From an uncultured Verrucomicrobiota bacterium (GTDB lineage Bacteria > Verrucomicrobiota > Verrucomicrobiia > Limisphaerales > SXQI01): a DNA stretch of 64,000 nucleotides. Of this stretch, positions 1-9,276 are shown one piece after another (position 1 is the stretch's first letter; the number at the start of each line of letters is the position of its first letter). The notes beneath the pieces were generated by a model. It saw only the letters and a program-made list of their open reading frames with translations, did no database searches and had not been told where the DNA came from. The position numbers and the translations under genes were made by a program. The DNA is taken from the NCBI GenBank assembly GCA_964566945.1, contig CAZMKE010000005.1:265343-329342 (forward strand), read 5' to 3'.

Positions 1-2428
1 GGGATTTAATGTAGTCCAACTGCTCTTCCTGGGTGGGCGCGGACCGGACCAGCCCCAGCGCCGCTGCAGCCACCTGAGGTGATTGGAGATAGACGAGCAA
101 CTGACAAAGTTCGCTATTCAGAACTCGGTCGCCGGCGGGGAACAACTTCTCCAACCGCGAGGCCAAATGGCTGCGGGCGCTATCGTCGGGAGCGCCAAGG
201 CGGGTGAAGCAGAGGGTCCAGGCCCGGAGCAACGCGATCCGTTCTCGACGGGAGAGAGCCTGCCAATCGAAGCGCTCCAGCGCGCTCAGAACCCGGCCTT
301 GCAGCCCGGGTTCGGGCGCCGAATCGCCCGGGCGGCGATGGAATTGATCGCGGGAGGAGACTCGGACCAGGGCGATCAGAGCGTTCAAGGCCGCGGCGGG
401 CTGCCTTTCCGCCAAGGCCCGCTCCCGCCAGTTTCCTGGATCCTGCCATTCCACCGCGATTCGAGCCGCCGTGCTCAGGAATCGGTCTTCATGCCCCAGA
501 TAAGGCCAGGCGGCGGCGACTGCGGCGGCATCGCGGCGTCCGTGGAATGATTCCAGCTTCCGGCGGAGGGGACGCAGGTCGGAGCCTGCGACTACGCTTG
601 TTTGGGGGGAGGGCGCGTCGTTCGTCACGCTGCCCGGATGGGTGACACGATACAGGCCGGTCTGAATCCGCCAGCCGCCAGTGATAAAATAAAGCGCCCC
701 GTCGACCGGATGAATCACGAGGTCGGCAATAGGCAGCGGCACGCCGGAAATGAAAATCTCTTTTTCCGCCGCGTAACCTGCTCCTTGCGGACGCAAGTGC
801 ACCGCGTAGATGCAGCCAAAAGTCCAGTCAGCCCCGAAGAGAGCTTCCTGGTATTTCAGCGGGAATCGAGCTCCGTAGCCAAAGATCACGCCTGTCGGCG
901 AACCCGGCCCCACATCCAGCACCGCCGGCAGGCTGTCCGGCTGATAGGCCGGCCATTTTCCAGCGCCGTTGCGCCAGCCGAATTCTCCGCCGCTGCTCGC
1001 CAGGCAGATGCGCGTGGGGCGATACCAGGGCGTGCCCATGTCCCATTCCATGTCCGCATCGTAGGTGAACAGGTCTCCATCCCGATGGAACGCCGCGTCG
1101 TAGGTATTGCGGAAGCCGCTCGCCATCATCTCCCAATCCTTGCCGTCCGGACTGACGCGGTAGATCACTCCGCCGGGCGCGAGCACGCCCGTCATGAATC
1201 CGCCGGCATCCGGCAGGCGCGGCAGCAGATGATCCTCGCTCCAGTCGAGAGGAACCCGCGAGCCCGCCAGAGCGGGCGCGATGGTGTTGTTGCCGGCGAC
1301 AGCGTAGAGCGATTGGCCGTCCGGTCCGGGAATGATCCCATGCCAGCCATGGTCTCCGCCCCCTTCCAGCGCGCGAAGGAGTTCGACTCGGTCGAGCTGG
1401 CCGTCGCCGTCGGTGTCCCGCACCCGATAAAGGCCGCTCGGGGTTTTCGCGTTCTTGGTGACCAGGGCGTAAAGGCTGTCGAACGCCCAGCACAAGCCCT
1501 GCGCGCTACTCAGGTCGACCGGGATCTTTTCCACGCGCGTGACGGTTGGATCGCCGCCGATGGGGGGTGGAGTGATGCGGAACAGCCCCTCATCGTACTG
1601 GCCGCTCACGATCAAACGCCCCTGGGGATCGGCACACATGCTCACCCAAGAGCCTTCGTTCTCCTTCGCGGGCGAGTAGAGCAACTCCGCCTTGAAGCCA
1701 GGCAGCACGGTCAATCGCTCCGCCGGAGTGGCGCTGGCGGTCGGCGCGAATTCCTTGAGGCGCAGGTTGCGGAACTGCACTTTCATGGGCGGCCCGGGGT
1801 GCAACTGGAGGCCGAGCAACCCGCGTGCGGCGGCTTTGCCGGTTTGACGATCGACCGTGTGCGCGGTGAGCGTGCCGTTGATGAAGAGCTGGATTTCCGT
1901 CCCACGCGCCACGATGCGATAATCGTTCCAGTCATTGGAGCGAATAACCTTTTGCAAGGCCGCTGCGTCCGCAAAACGCGTCATTTGCTTCGTCCCGTCG
2001 GGAGCAATCACCACCTTCTGGCCGCGCATGGCGATGCCGCCGCGATCATGTTCGAAGAGGGCGCCTGTCCAATCGGGGCCCGCTTCGATATCGGCCTGAT
2101 AACCGCGCATATCCCAGCCCGGAACCTCACGGCTGCGGAACTGCATGCCGGAATTGCCGCCCTGAAGGCGATATTCGAAGCGCAACTCGAAGTCAGCTGG
2201 CTCCCCACCCCGCCAGATCAGGTAGGTGTGCGTGGTGCAAGGTTTCTCGGCGGTGCTCTCGCCGGTGATCGCTCCATCCTCCACCCGCCACCAACCGGGT
2301 TTGCCATCCCAGCCGGCGAGATCCCGGCCGTTGAACAATGAGGTGAACGAATCTCCCGCCCGCGCCTGAATGAGCAGGCCGAGGGTCAGGAGGAAGCAAA
2401 AGAAACCGATTGGGCTGCGGGCTTTCAT
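1..2428 (-). CDS. DUF1080 (3-keto-disaccharide hydrolase-like) + PVC-type membrane-bound dehydrogenase/beta-propeller + HEAT-like region; partial, C-terminus runs off the window start
   Basis: Absent from the ORF track because it has no stop inside the window. Hand translation of the minus strand from ATG 2428-2426 stays open to base 1. It begins MKARSPIGFFCFLLTLGLLIQARAGDSFTSLFNGRDLAGWDGKPGWWRVEDGAITGE. DUF1080 motifs follow: GNSGMQFRS, GYQADIEAGPDW, NDWNDYRIVARGTEIQLFINGTL, LQLHPGPPMKVQFRNLRLKEF. Then come FKAELLYSPAKENEGSWVSMCADPQGRLIVSGQY, DTDGDGQLD and FGWRNGAGKWPAY. A signal peptide is present. The plus-strand ORFs 83..550 and 602..2341 are its antisense shadows. Confidence 0.8.
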   Translation of the reverse strand, partial: MKARSPIGFFCFLLTLGLLIQARAGDSFTSLFNGRDLAGWDGKPGWWRVEDGAITGESTAEKPCTTHTYLIWRGGEPADFELRFEYRLQGGNSGMQFRSREVPGWDMRGYQADIEAGPDWTGALFEHDRGGIAMRGQKVVIAPDGTKQMTRFADAAALQKVIRSNDWNDYRIVARGTEIQLFINGTLTAHTVDRQTGKAAARGLLGLQLHPGPPMKVQFRNLRLKEFAPTASATPAERLTVLPGFKAELLYSPAKENEGSWVSMCADPQGRLIVSGQYDEGLFRITPPPIGGDPTVTRVEKIPVDLSSAQGLCWAFDSLYALVTKNAKTPSGLYRVRDTDGDGQLDRVELLRALEGGGDHGWHGIIPGPDGQSLYAVAGNNTIAPALAGSRVPLDWSEDHLLPRLPDAGGFMTGVLAPGGVIYRVSPDGKDWEMMASGFRNTYDAAFHRDGDLFTYDADMEWDMGTPWYRPTRICLASSGGEFGWRNGAGKWPAYQPDSLPAVLDVGPGSPTGVIFGYGARFPLKYQEALFGADWTFGCIYAVHLRPQGAGYAAEKEIFISGVPLPIADLVIHPVDGALYFITGGWRIQTGLYRVTHPGSVTNDAPSPQTSVVAGSDLRPLRRKLESFHGRRDAAAVAAAWPYLGHEDRFLSTAARIAVEWQDPGNWRERALAERQPAAALNALIALVRVSSRDQFHRRPGDSAPEPGLQGRVLSALERFDWQALSRRERIALLRAWTLCFTRLGAPDDSARSHLASRLEKLFPAGDRVLNSELCQLLVYLQSPQVAAAALGLVRSAPTQEEQLDYIKS

Positions 2429-2531
2429 ATGCGATTTAACGGCCTGGAATGAAACTCCCCTTCATCCTGCCCAACGGAGGGCGCGGTGGCGTTGATCCAA
2501 GTCAATTCCCGCCGAGGACGATGCCAAAAAG

Positions 2532-2972
2532 TCAACCTGGGCCGGACGGGGCCGGTTGCGCAGCCGCCATTACACTCCGCCGTCGCGCGTCCCACCATAG
2601 GTAGGCCGCCCAGGCCGCGATGAGGCCGACGCAAATCGGGGACATGCTCTTGAAGACCGAGCCGAGCTTGAGCACGAACATGTAGGCGACGAGCACGCTG
2701 GTGAGCCCAGTGATGGCGCCGCCCACGGCAAGGCCAGCGCCAAGCGATTGGATGGCGGTGTGCTTCGCGCAGTAGGGAGGCAGGGTGAAGGCCAGGAACA
2801 CGCCGAGGGGCACGGTGTAGACGCTGGTCATGAGCACGCCCATGATCGTGCAGAGGACAGTCGCGAGCAGATCCTTTTGGCCGTCGCACATCTTCAGCAG
2901 ATAAAAGAAGAGCCAAACCCCGGCCCCGGAAAGGGTAAGCGCTACTCCATGCAACAGGTGTCTCAGGCGCAT
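2532..2972 (-). CDS. hypothetical small integral membrane protein (about 4 TM segments)
   Basis: Taken from the 178-aa ORF 2532..3068, starting at the internal Met (MRLRHLLHGVALTLSGAGVWLFFYLL...). It has several hydrophobic stretches (VLCTIMGVLMTSVYTVPLGVFLAF, GAGLAVGGAITGLTSVLVAYMFVL, ICVGLIAAWAAYLWW). It lies upstream of and on the same strand as gene 1..2428. I recognised no family. Confidence 0.5.
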   Translation of the reverse strand: MRLRHLLHGVALTLSGAGVWLFFYLLKMCDGQKDLLATVLCTIMGVLMTSVYTVPLGVFLAFTLPPYCAKHTAIQSLGAGLAVGGAITGLTSVLVAYMFVLKLGSVFKSMSPICVGLIAAWAAYLWWDARRRSVMAAAQPAPSGPG

Positions 2973-3167
2973 GCGGTCTCTCGCGCTGACGGCCGCTCCA
3001 AACGTGGAGCGGGTAGTGATTTGCTGACAGCTGGATTGCAGCAAAGGCGAGCCGCCAGCACGCCCCAAAAGTTGGCGATTTGTTCGTCTTTATTGCTTTT
3101 TGCCGGAGATCCGCGCTTGAGTTTGGCCCCGGTTTGTCTTCAGATAAGCCAAGACCGTTCCACCGCC

Positions 3168-5213
3168 ATGAGACTGTGCTTTTTCCTTGGCCTGCTCGGA
3201 GCGCTGATGCTGGAGGCGCGAGCCTCCGGACTGGCGGAAGGAGCAGAGACGGCGAAAACGGGCACTCGTGAATCGGCCATCCTGCTAAAAGCCAGAAACT
3301 GGTGGGCGTTTCAACCGCTGCGCAAGCCGCCTGTTCCCGCCGCCGGCTGCGACCATCCGATCGATAACTTTCTGGAGCCCGAGATCCGCGCGCAGGGCCT
3401 GATCAAAGCCGCGCCATCCGACCGAGCAGGCTGGTTGCGGCGCGTGACTTTTGACCTGACCGGATTGCCGCCCACTCCGGCCGAGGTTCAGGCCTTTCTG
3501 GACGACCGTTCTACCGAGGCGGCCGAGCGCGTGGTGGACCGGCTCCTGGCCAGTCCGGCCTACGGAGAAAGGTGGGCGCGGCATTGGCTGGATGTGGTGC
3601 GCTACGCGGACTATCACGATGCCGACGAAAAGGCGCGCACGGCGAGTTGCGAACCGCTGGAAGCCTGGCGCTATCGAGACTGGGTCCGGGACTCGTTCAA
3701 CCGGGATCTCCCCTTTGACCAGTTTGTCATTCATCAGATCGCCGGGGATTTGCTGCCAAACCCGAACGGACCGGAGGCGGGAGGGATCTATCCGGCCGGG
3801 TTGATCGCCACTGGCTTTCTGGTGAACGGCGCCTGGGATCGCGGCGACGCGGACAAGGAAAAAATGGTCAGCGACATGGTCGATGACCAGATCGATGCAG
3901 TCGGCAAAGCGTTCCTGGGGCTGACACTCGGCTGCGCGCGCTGCCATGACCACAAGTTCGACCCGATCAGCACGCAAGATTACTACGGCCTCGCGGGAAT
4001 CTTTTATAGCACCCACATCATGGAGAACCTCGGGACGAAGGGAGGCGAGATCACCCTAAAACGTGTTCCCCTGGTGTCCCGGTCCGAAGCGGCGATGCGG
4101 GACGGCCTGGTCCTGCAACTGGAAGCGATCAAGGGAAAGCTGGCCGCGCTGGACAAACTCTCGCCGCCCGTGGCGCCGGATCATCCCGAGCGGCGGGCTC
4201 TGGAGCGGGAACGCGATGCGCTGCAGGCAGGGTTGCCGCCGCCTTACCCGGCAGCTCTGGCCGCGCAGGAGGGAGGGATGCCCGGCGGACTGTTCCCGAA
4301 TATTCAGGACGTGCCGCTGCACATCCGCGGGAGCTACACGCGCCTGGGGGCTCCGGTTCCGCGCCATCTGCCCGCGTTCTTTGCCGGCGGAGAGCAACCC
4401 TCGATCGCCCGCGGCAGCGGACGCCGGGAGCTGGCGGAATGGATCGCCAGCCTCAAAAACCCATTGACCGCGCGGGTGATCGTGAACCGGGTCTGGCAAT
4501 GGCATTTCGGCGAAGGACTGGTGCGCACGCCCAACAACTTCGGCCTGCTCGCGGAACCTCCCACCCATCCCGCCCTGCTGGATTGGCTGGCCACCCAGTT
4601 CATCGAAGATGGCTGGTCGCTGAAAAAGCTGCATCGCCGCATCCTGCTTTCCGCCGCCTATCAGCGCGGCGGCTTTGCATCCGAAGAGCAGGTCGCCCGC
4701 GACCCGGAGAACCGCTGGCTGGCGCGATTTTCCGCCCGTCGCCTGGAAGCCGAAGCGATCCGCGACGCGATGCTGGAGGCGAGCGGCAAGGTGGATCGAA
4801 AGTTGGGCGGCCCGGCGGGAGCAGACCTGGCCGCTCCGCGCCGCTCTCTGTATGTGCAAACGGCCCGCTGGGACCGCAGCAATTTCGCCACGCTCTTTGA
4901 CGCCGCGAATCCCGATGCTTGCGTGGAAAAGCGGATCGTTTCGACCGTGGCGCCGCAAGCGCTCTTTCTCTTGAATCACGACTTTGTGCGGCGGTGTGCG
5001 GCGGAGGTCGCACAGCGATTGTTGCGCGAGAACGGCCCGGATGAACTGGCGGGAATCCAGTCGGCGTACCGCTTGTTGTTCAGCCGGCCCGCCCGGCCGG
5101 AAGAAGTGCAAATCGCGCAGCGGATTTTGCGCGGCGAAAGCGACCGGGCCGCGGGCTGGCGCGATCTGGCGCATGTGCTTTTATGCAGCAATGAATTTGC
5201 CTATGTGGATTGA
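3168..5213 (+). CDS. DUF1549 (PSCyt2) / DUF1553 (PSD1) domain protein, no N-terminal haem motif
   Basis: Part of ORF 2748..5213. An in-frame ATG at 3168 gives the signal peptide MRLCFFLGLLGALMLEARASG. Motifs: [105 protein letters not shown], and C-terminal LLCSNEFAYVD. Confidence 0.9.
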   Translation: MRLCFFLGLLGALMLEARASGLAEGAETAKTGTRESAILLKARNWWAFQPLRKPPVPAAGCDHPIDNFLEPEIRAQGLIKAAPSDRAGWLRRVTFDLTGLPPTPAEVQAFLDDRSTEAAERVVDRLLASPAYGERWARHWLDVVRYADYHDADEKARTASCEPLEAWRYRDWVRDSFNRDLPFDQFVIHQIAGDLLPNPNGPEAGGIYPAGLIATGFLVNGAWDRGDADKEKMVSDMVDDQIDAVGKAFLGLTLGCARCHDHKFDPISTQDYYGLAGIFYSTHIMENLGTKGGEITLKRVPLVSRSEAAMRDGLVLQLEAIKGKLAALDKLSPPVAPDHPERRALERERDALQAGLPPPYPAALAAQEGGMPGGLFPNIQDVPLHIRGSYTRLGAPVPRHLPAFFAGGEQPSIARGSGRRELAEWIASLKNPLTARVIVNRVWQWHFGEGLVRTPNNFGLLAEPPTHPALLDWLATQFIEDGWSLKKLHRRILLSAAYQRGGFASEEQVARDPENRWLARFSARRLEAEAIRDAMLEASGKVDRKLGGPAGADLAAPRRSLYVQTARWDRSNFATLFDAANPDACVEKRIVSTVAPQALFLLNHDFVRRCAAEVAQRLLRENGPDELAGIQSAYRLLFSRPARPEEVQIAQRILRGESDRAAGWRDLAHVLLCSNEFAYVD

Positions 5214-6600
5214 TCCCAGGCGCCTTTCCCGACGTGACTGGCTGGCCCGGACCGGCAGCGGCTTCGGCTTGCTGGCTTTGACGGATCTGCTCGCTGCGGC
5301 CGAGCCTCTGCGGAACGTCGATCCTTTCGCCGTCCGACCGCCGCATTTCACGCCGAGGGCGAAGCGGGTGATCTTTCTCTACATGCCCGGCGGCCCGTCC
5401 CATTTGGACCTGTTCGATCCCAAGCCGCGATTGGTGGCCGATCAGGGAAAGCCCCTGCCCTTCGAGAAGCCGAAATTGGAACGGACAAAAACGGGCAATC
5501 TGCTCGCCTCGCCCTGGAAATTCTCGCGGCACGGCGCCAGCGGCATCGAAGTGAGCGAACTGCTCCCGCAAACGGCGGCGTGCATCGATGACATCTGTGT
5601 CATCCGTTCGATGGTGGCCGACAATATCAATCACAGCGGCGCAGCGCTCCAGATGTGCACAGGGGAGCAGGCGTTCTCGCGGCCGAGCATTGGCTCCTGG
5701 CTGACTTACGGGCTCGGCACGGAGAACCAGAACCTGCCCGGGTTCGTAGTGGTGAGCCCTGCGGCGGTCTTTCAGGGCGCGCAACTCTGGGCGTCGAGTT
5801 TTCTGCCGAGCGCCTATCAAGGCACGTTGATTCGAGATTTGAGCCGGCCGATAGCCAATTTGCAGGACCCAGGCGGAGACCTGAAAACGGAGCGGGCCAA
5901 GCTCGATGCGTTGCGCGAGCTGAACGGCCTCCACAAGAAGGAGCGGGTGAACGAGAGCGAACTGGACGCGCGTATTGCGTCGTTCGAGCTGGCGTTCCGG
6001 ATGCAACAGGAAGCGCCCGAAGCGTTCGACCTCTCCCGGGAAAGCACGGCCGTCCACCGCCTGTACGGGACGGACCATCCGGCCACTCAGCTTTTCGGCC
6101 GCCAATGCCTGCTCGCCCGGCGCCTGGCCGAGCGCGGGGTGCGGTTCATCCAGCTTTTCGACGCGCCGCACAACAACGCCTGGGATCACCACGGCGGCTT
6201 GCGGGAGGAACTGCCCAAGCGCTGCGCGGCGGTGGACCGCCCGATCGCGGCTTTGCTGCGGGATTTAAAAGCGCTCGGACTGTTGGAAGAGACGCTGGTG
6301 CTGTGGGGAGGAGAATTTGGGCGCACGCCCACCGCCGAGGGGACCAACGGCCGCGAGCATCACCCGTTCGGCTTCACCATGTGGATGGCGGGCGGCGGGA
6401 TTCGAGGCGGGTGCGTCCACGGGGCGACGGACGATTTCGGCTGGCACGCGGTGCAGGACAAGGTGCATGTGCACGACCTGCACGCGACCATTCTCCATTT
6501 GATGGGGCTGGATCATACGCGCCTGACCTACCGGTTTGGCGGGCGGGATTATCGTTTGACCGACGTTTATGGGAATGTGGTGCACGAGATTCTCGCCTGA
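5191..6600 (+). CDS. DUF1501 domain protein (sulfatase-fold, Tat signal)
   Basis: Part of ORF 4984..6600. Candidate starts are ATG 5191 or 5203 (MWIDPRRLSRRDWLARTGSGFGLLAL has a twin-arginine-like signal); either overlaps the PSD1 stop at 5211-5213. Motifs: RVIFLYMPGGPSHLDLFDPKP, RSMVADNINHSGA, WDHHG, LVLWGGEFGRTP, GREHHPFGFTMWMAGGG. Confidence 0.9.
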   Translation: MNLPMWIDPRRLSRRDWLARTGSGFGLLALTDLLAAAEPLRNVDPFAVRPPHFTPRAKRVIFLYMPGGPSHLDLFDPKPRLVADQGKPLPFEKPKLERTKTGNLLASPWKFSRHGASGIEVSELLPQTAACIDDICVIRSMVADNINHSGAALQMCTGEQAFSRPSIGSWLTYGLGTENQNLPGFVVVSPAAVFQGAQLWASSFLPSAYQGTLIRDLSRPIANLQDPGGDLKTERAKLDALRELNGLHKKERVNESELDARIASFELAFRMQQEAPEAFDLSRESTAVHRLYGTDHPATQLFGRQCLLARRLAERGVRFIQLFDAPHNNAWDHHGGLREELPKRCAAVDRPIAALLRDLKALGLLEETLVLWGGEFGRTPTAEGTNGREHHPFGFTMWMAGGGIRGGCVHGATDDFGWHAVQDKVHVHDLHATILHLMGLDHTRLTYRFGGRDYRLTDVYGNVVHEILA

Positions 6601-6786
6601 AAAACCCACCTAGGAGCCTGTTGAACTATTGCCACAGGCCGCCTTGAAGCCCTTTTCGGATCCGGCAGCGTCACTCCTCAATCACGTATTCATGGGAATA
6701 TGCTCAATCGTCGTTCCTCGCCGGACTCCAAAAATTGCGTTCAACTCGTCATGGGCCAATATTTCAATAGACTCCTGGCGGCCCGT

Positions 6787-8124
6787 TTAGTCGGCCACTT
6801 CCTCCAGCATCGGATTGGCGGAGGGACGGCCCCGCCCGAACTTGATTTCCGGCAAAAGGAGCGCGCTCGCAACGACGATCAGCCCCGCGCTGACCCAGCC
6901 AAGGGTGGCCAGCGACTGGCTTTGGGCCAATTGAAAGGCGATCAGGGGCGCCACCAACGCCCGCACGCCGGTGAAGAAGACATGGACCGACATGTAATCG
7001 GCCACGCGGTTCTCGGGAGCGAATTTGGTCACCCAAAGGCTCCAGGCGATGTCTCCGCCCGCATTCGAGATTCCGTAAATAATTGCGCCAGTAATCAAGC
7101 CCCGCAGGTCGCTGCTCGTAAAAAAGGTGAGAATGCCAATGGCGAAGCCGAGGTTGAGCACCACGCGCAGCACAAAGAAATTCGCCCGGTCAAAAAGCCA
7201 GCCCCAGATCGGGCTGAGAATGATGCGCGCGACGTTCGGGACGAAGCCGGTGAGAAAAGCGATCTGGCCGACGCCCAGCGCGAGGCCGTATTTGGGATTG
7301 GCGAGCATCTCGACGCGCATCGGAATCATCATCAGGTTCGCGAAGCCCATGAGCATCCAGCAGATCAAGGTCCGCCGGAAGAGCGCGTCCTCCCGGGCGA
7401 AATGCAGGGCGTGGAACGGGTGCGTTCCCGGAATGGAATGAAGCGGGCGCGAGGGAGTGCGCTTCAGGCAAAACGTCGCCAGCGCGAACGCCGCCGCAAA
7501 GATCAGCAGCAGAATCTGGAATTTATCGATGCGGCCCGAAAACGCCTTGCCGGCCGCCTGGCTGAACCCGGCCGCCACCGCGATGCGGATCATGACCGTC
7601 CTGGAAAATAATTTGCCCCGCTCCGGTTCCGGATAGTTCTCGTGAAAAATCTGAGTGAGCAGCGGCAAAGCGGCGGAAGCGGCGGTCATTCCGAGCATGC
7701 TGCCCGCCACGAACACCGGCAAAAAAGGCAGGGCGGCCATGACCAGGAAAACGCAGGTCCCGAACGCCGCGAGCAGCGTCGCTGTTTTCGAACTGCTCCA
7801 GCGGCCGCGAGCGGCAAGCGAGACCACCGCCGGCCCAAGCATCTGGCCGAGCGCCCCGCCGGAAGCCACCAGCCCCTTGGCAATCGGACCCGCCGCAAAA
7901 TATTTCACTGCGATCAGCAGCAGGAAGGTCGAAGCGGCCGTTTCCAGCACGCCGGCCGCAACGGCGCGCCAGCGCTCGTTGCGGTAGGTTATTTTGGTGC
8001 GATGGGGGTGGGCGTCCCGCAAGGGCGCTACTGTGAAGTGAGAGTCTCCCAAGCGCAAATGCGCAAAATGAGTTCCTCGCGTGCTACTTCGCGCCGTGAT
8101 CGAATTCAACCCGCACGGTCGCAC
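6787..8124 (-). CDS. MFS transporter (start uncertain)
   Basis: The 445-aa ORF has about 12 hydrophobic segments and an MFS-like layout. Starting at ATG 8124 would overlap the upstream DUF4230 gene (stop at 8084) by 41 nt. In-frame TTG codons at 8058, 8052 and 8022 are more plausible starts. Confidence 0.7.
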   Translation of the reverse strand: MRPCGLNSITARSSTRGTHFAHLRLGDSHFTVAPLRDAHPHRTKITYRNERWRAVAAGVLETAASTFLLLIAVKYFAAGPIAKGLVASGGALGQMLGPAVVSLAARGRWSSSKTATLLAAFGTCVFLVMAALPFLPVFVAGSMLGMTAASAALPLLTQIFHENYPEPERGKLFSRTVMIRIAVAAGFSQAAGKAFSGRIDKFQILLLIFAAAFALATFCLKRTPSRPLHSIPGTHPFHALHFAREDALFRRTLICWMLMGFANLMMIPMRVEMLANPKYGLALGVGQIAFLTGFVPNVARIILSPIWGWLFDRANFFVLRVVLNLGFAIGILTFFTSSDLRGLITGAIIYGISNAGGDIAWSLWVTKFAPENRVADYMSVHVFFTGVRALVAPLIAFQLAQSQSLATLGWVSAGLIVVASALLLPEIKFGRGRPSANPMLEEVAD

Positions 8125-8803
8125 CGGGACGGAGCGGCTTGATTGAGGCTTCCAGAAGCGCGGTGATTTTTTGCCTCCCGCTCTCCTCCGCCATTTTGAT
8201 GATGCGCGGGTGGCGTGCTTCGGCGATTACCGCCGGACGCAGATCGCGACGCGCCTGTTCTCGCAGGAAATCCCCGGAGAACCGGTCCAACCGAGCCCAG
8301 CCCACGTCGGTTTCCAATTCGTAAAAAGTCGGGTCGGTTTGCACTTCCACGAGCGATTCGTCCACACGCGGCGGCGGAAGGGTGACCGAGAGTTGCTCCG
8401 CCGCTTCGTCATATTTGAAGTCGGCCGAGCTCAGATTTTTCAGCGGAATAATGATCTGGGCTTTGTTGCCCAAGGCGCGCAAGCGAACGGTGGTCGTACC
8501 GAGGTCCACCTTGCCATAGAGCATTTTCTTCTCACTGAACTTGGTCACCATCACCGCCACATCCGCCGTAAAAACCACCAGTTTGGTCTCGTCGCGCAGT
8601 TTCTCGAGGCTGGTTTGAATGACCGTGCTGACGCTGACCTGCGGCTGAATGGCTTTTGCCACGGTTTCAGCCACCTGGGCCGGCTTGTCCGCGCAGGTTT
8701 TGAAAATAAACCCCGCCAGCAGAATCAGACTGATACCGATCGCGGCAATCGCCAGAGGCCAGCGGGAGGGCGCGGTCGGACGGGCAGGTGTTTCGTCAGG
8801 CAT
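8084..8803 (-). CDS. DUF4230-like membrane-anchored protein
   Basis: 239 aa with one N-terminal TM segment (WPLAIAAIGISLILLAGFIF) followed by a soluble domain of the size and pattern I associate with DUF4230 (LRDETKLVVFTADVAVMVTKF...TVRLRALGNKAQIIIPL...LSVTLPPPRV). The family call is from memory. Confidence 0.6.
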   Translation of the reverse strand: MPDETPARPTAPSRWPLAIAAIGISLILLAGFIFKTCADKPAQVAETVAKAIQPQVSVSTVIQTSLEKLRDETKLVVFTADVAVMVTKFSEKKMLYGKVDLGTTTVRLRALGNKAQIIIPLKNLSSADFKYDEAAEQLSVTLPPPRVDESLVEVQTDPTFYELETDVGWARLDRFSGDFLREQARRDLRPAVIAEARHPRIIKMAEESGRQKITALLEASIKPLRPGATVRVEFDHGAK

Positions 8804-8866
8804 GGTCCGTTAGTAAATAACGCGCAACCCGCTTTGGCGCAATGTGCCGCGAATCAAAAAGGCAGC

Positions 8867-8894
8867 CTTTTCGGCTTTGGGGAGAGCCGAAAAG
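8867..8894 (-). terminator. perfect 10-bp hairpin, candidate intrinsic terminator for ORF 8936..9166
   Basis: CTTTTCGGCT (8867-8876), 8-nt loop, AGCCGAAAAG (8885-8894). On the minus strand a T-run (GCTGCCTTTTTGATTCG) follows the stem after a few nt. It lies about 40 nt downstream of the stop of the 76-aa ORF. Confidence 0.35.
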
Positions 8895-8935
8895 AATAGA
8901 ACCTGCTTTTTTCCCCGCTGATCCCGACCGCCGGG

Positions 8936-9166
8936 TCAATTTCCGGTCACTGGCCGCCAACAAAGGACCGGGTTTTCTTCCACTTCCAAGTCGAATGCGG
9001 AACGGTACCAGTTTTCACGTTCCCGCTTTCCAAGAGCTTGATAATCAGCGGTGCAATAAAGCACGTACTGGCTCGAATGGGGAAGCTTCTCAGAACATGG
9101 AATCCATGTCCGATCGGCCGAGCCGTAACCTGACTTTTGTAAACGAGCGTATTGCATAGCAAGCAT
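8936..9166 (-). CDS. small hypothetical protein, possibly DUF551-like (phage-associated family)
   Basis: The 76-aa ORF lies in a locally A/T-richer intergenic islet. The pattern W-I-P-x-x-E-K-L-P...YVLY...W...V-L-C-W-R-P-V resembles the DUF551 hallmark (W...LP...VL......W.P). This is a weak assignment. Confidence 0.3.
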   Translation of the reverse strand: MLAMQYARLQKSGYGSADRTWIPCSEKLPHSSQYVLYCTADYQALGKRERENWYRSAFDLEVEENPVLCWRPVTGN

Positions 9167-9276
9167 TTCCGTAGGAGGCCGAGTCTCAACAGGCTCTGCC
9201 TCGCCTGCTAATGTGGACGCAGAGCCCGAGCGGGAAATTCACAAGAATTCATCCTCGAATCCGGAGCCGGAGCGGA

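Noticed and set aside
602-2341. 579-aa plus-strand ORF, the longest track entry in the first 2.4 kb
   Set aside because: Its composition is extremely Arg/Ala/Gly/Pro-rich and it has no recognisable motifs. It lies exactly antisense to a minus-strand reading frame with clear DUF1080 and dehydrogenase motifs, so it is an antisense shadow ORF typical of GC-rich DNA.
8084-8124. 41-nt overlap between the MFS gene (ATG 8124) and the upstream DUF4230 gene
   Set aside because: This is probably an artefact of forcing an ATG start. In-frame TTG codons at 8058, 8052 and 8022 remove the overlap, and the first 20 or so residues of the ATG model are not membrane-protein-like.
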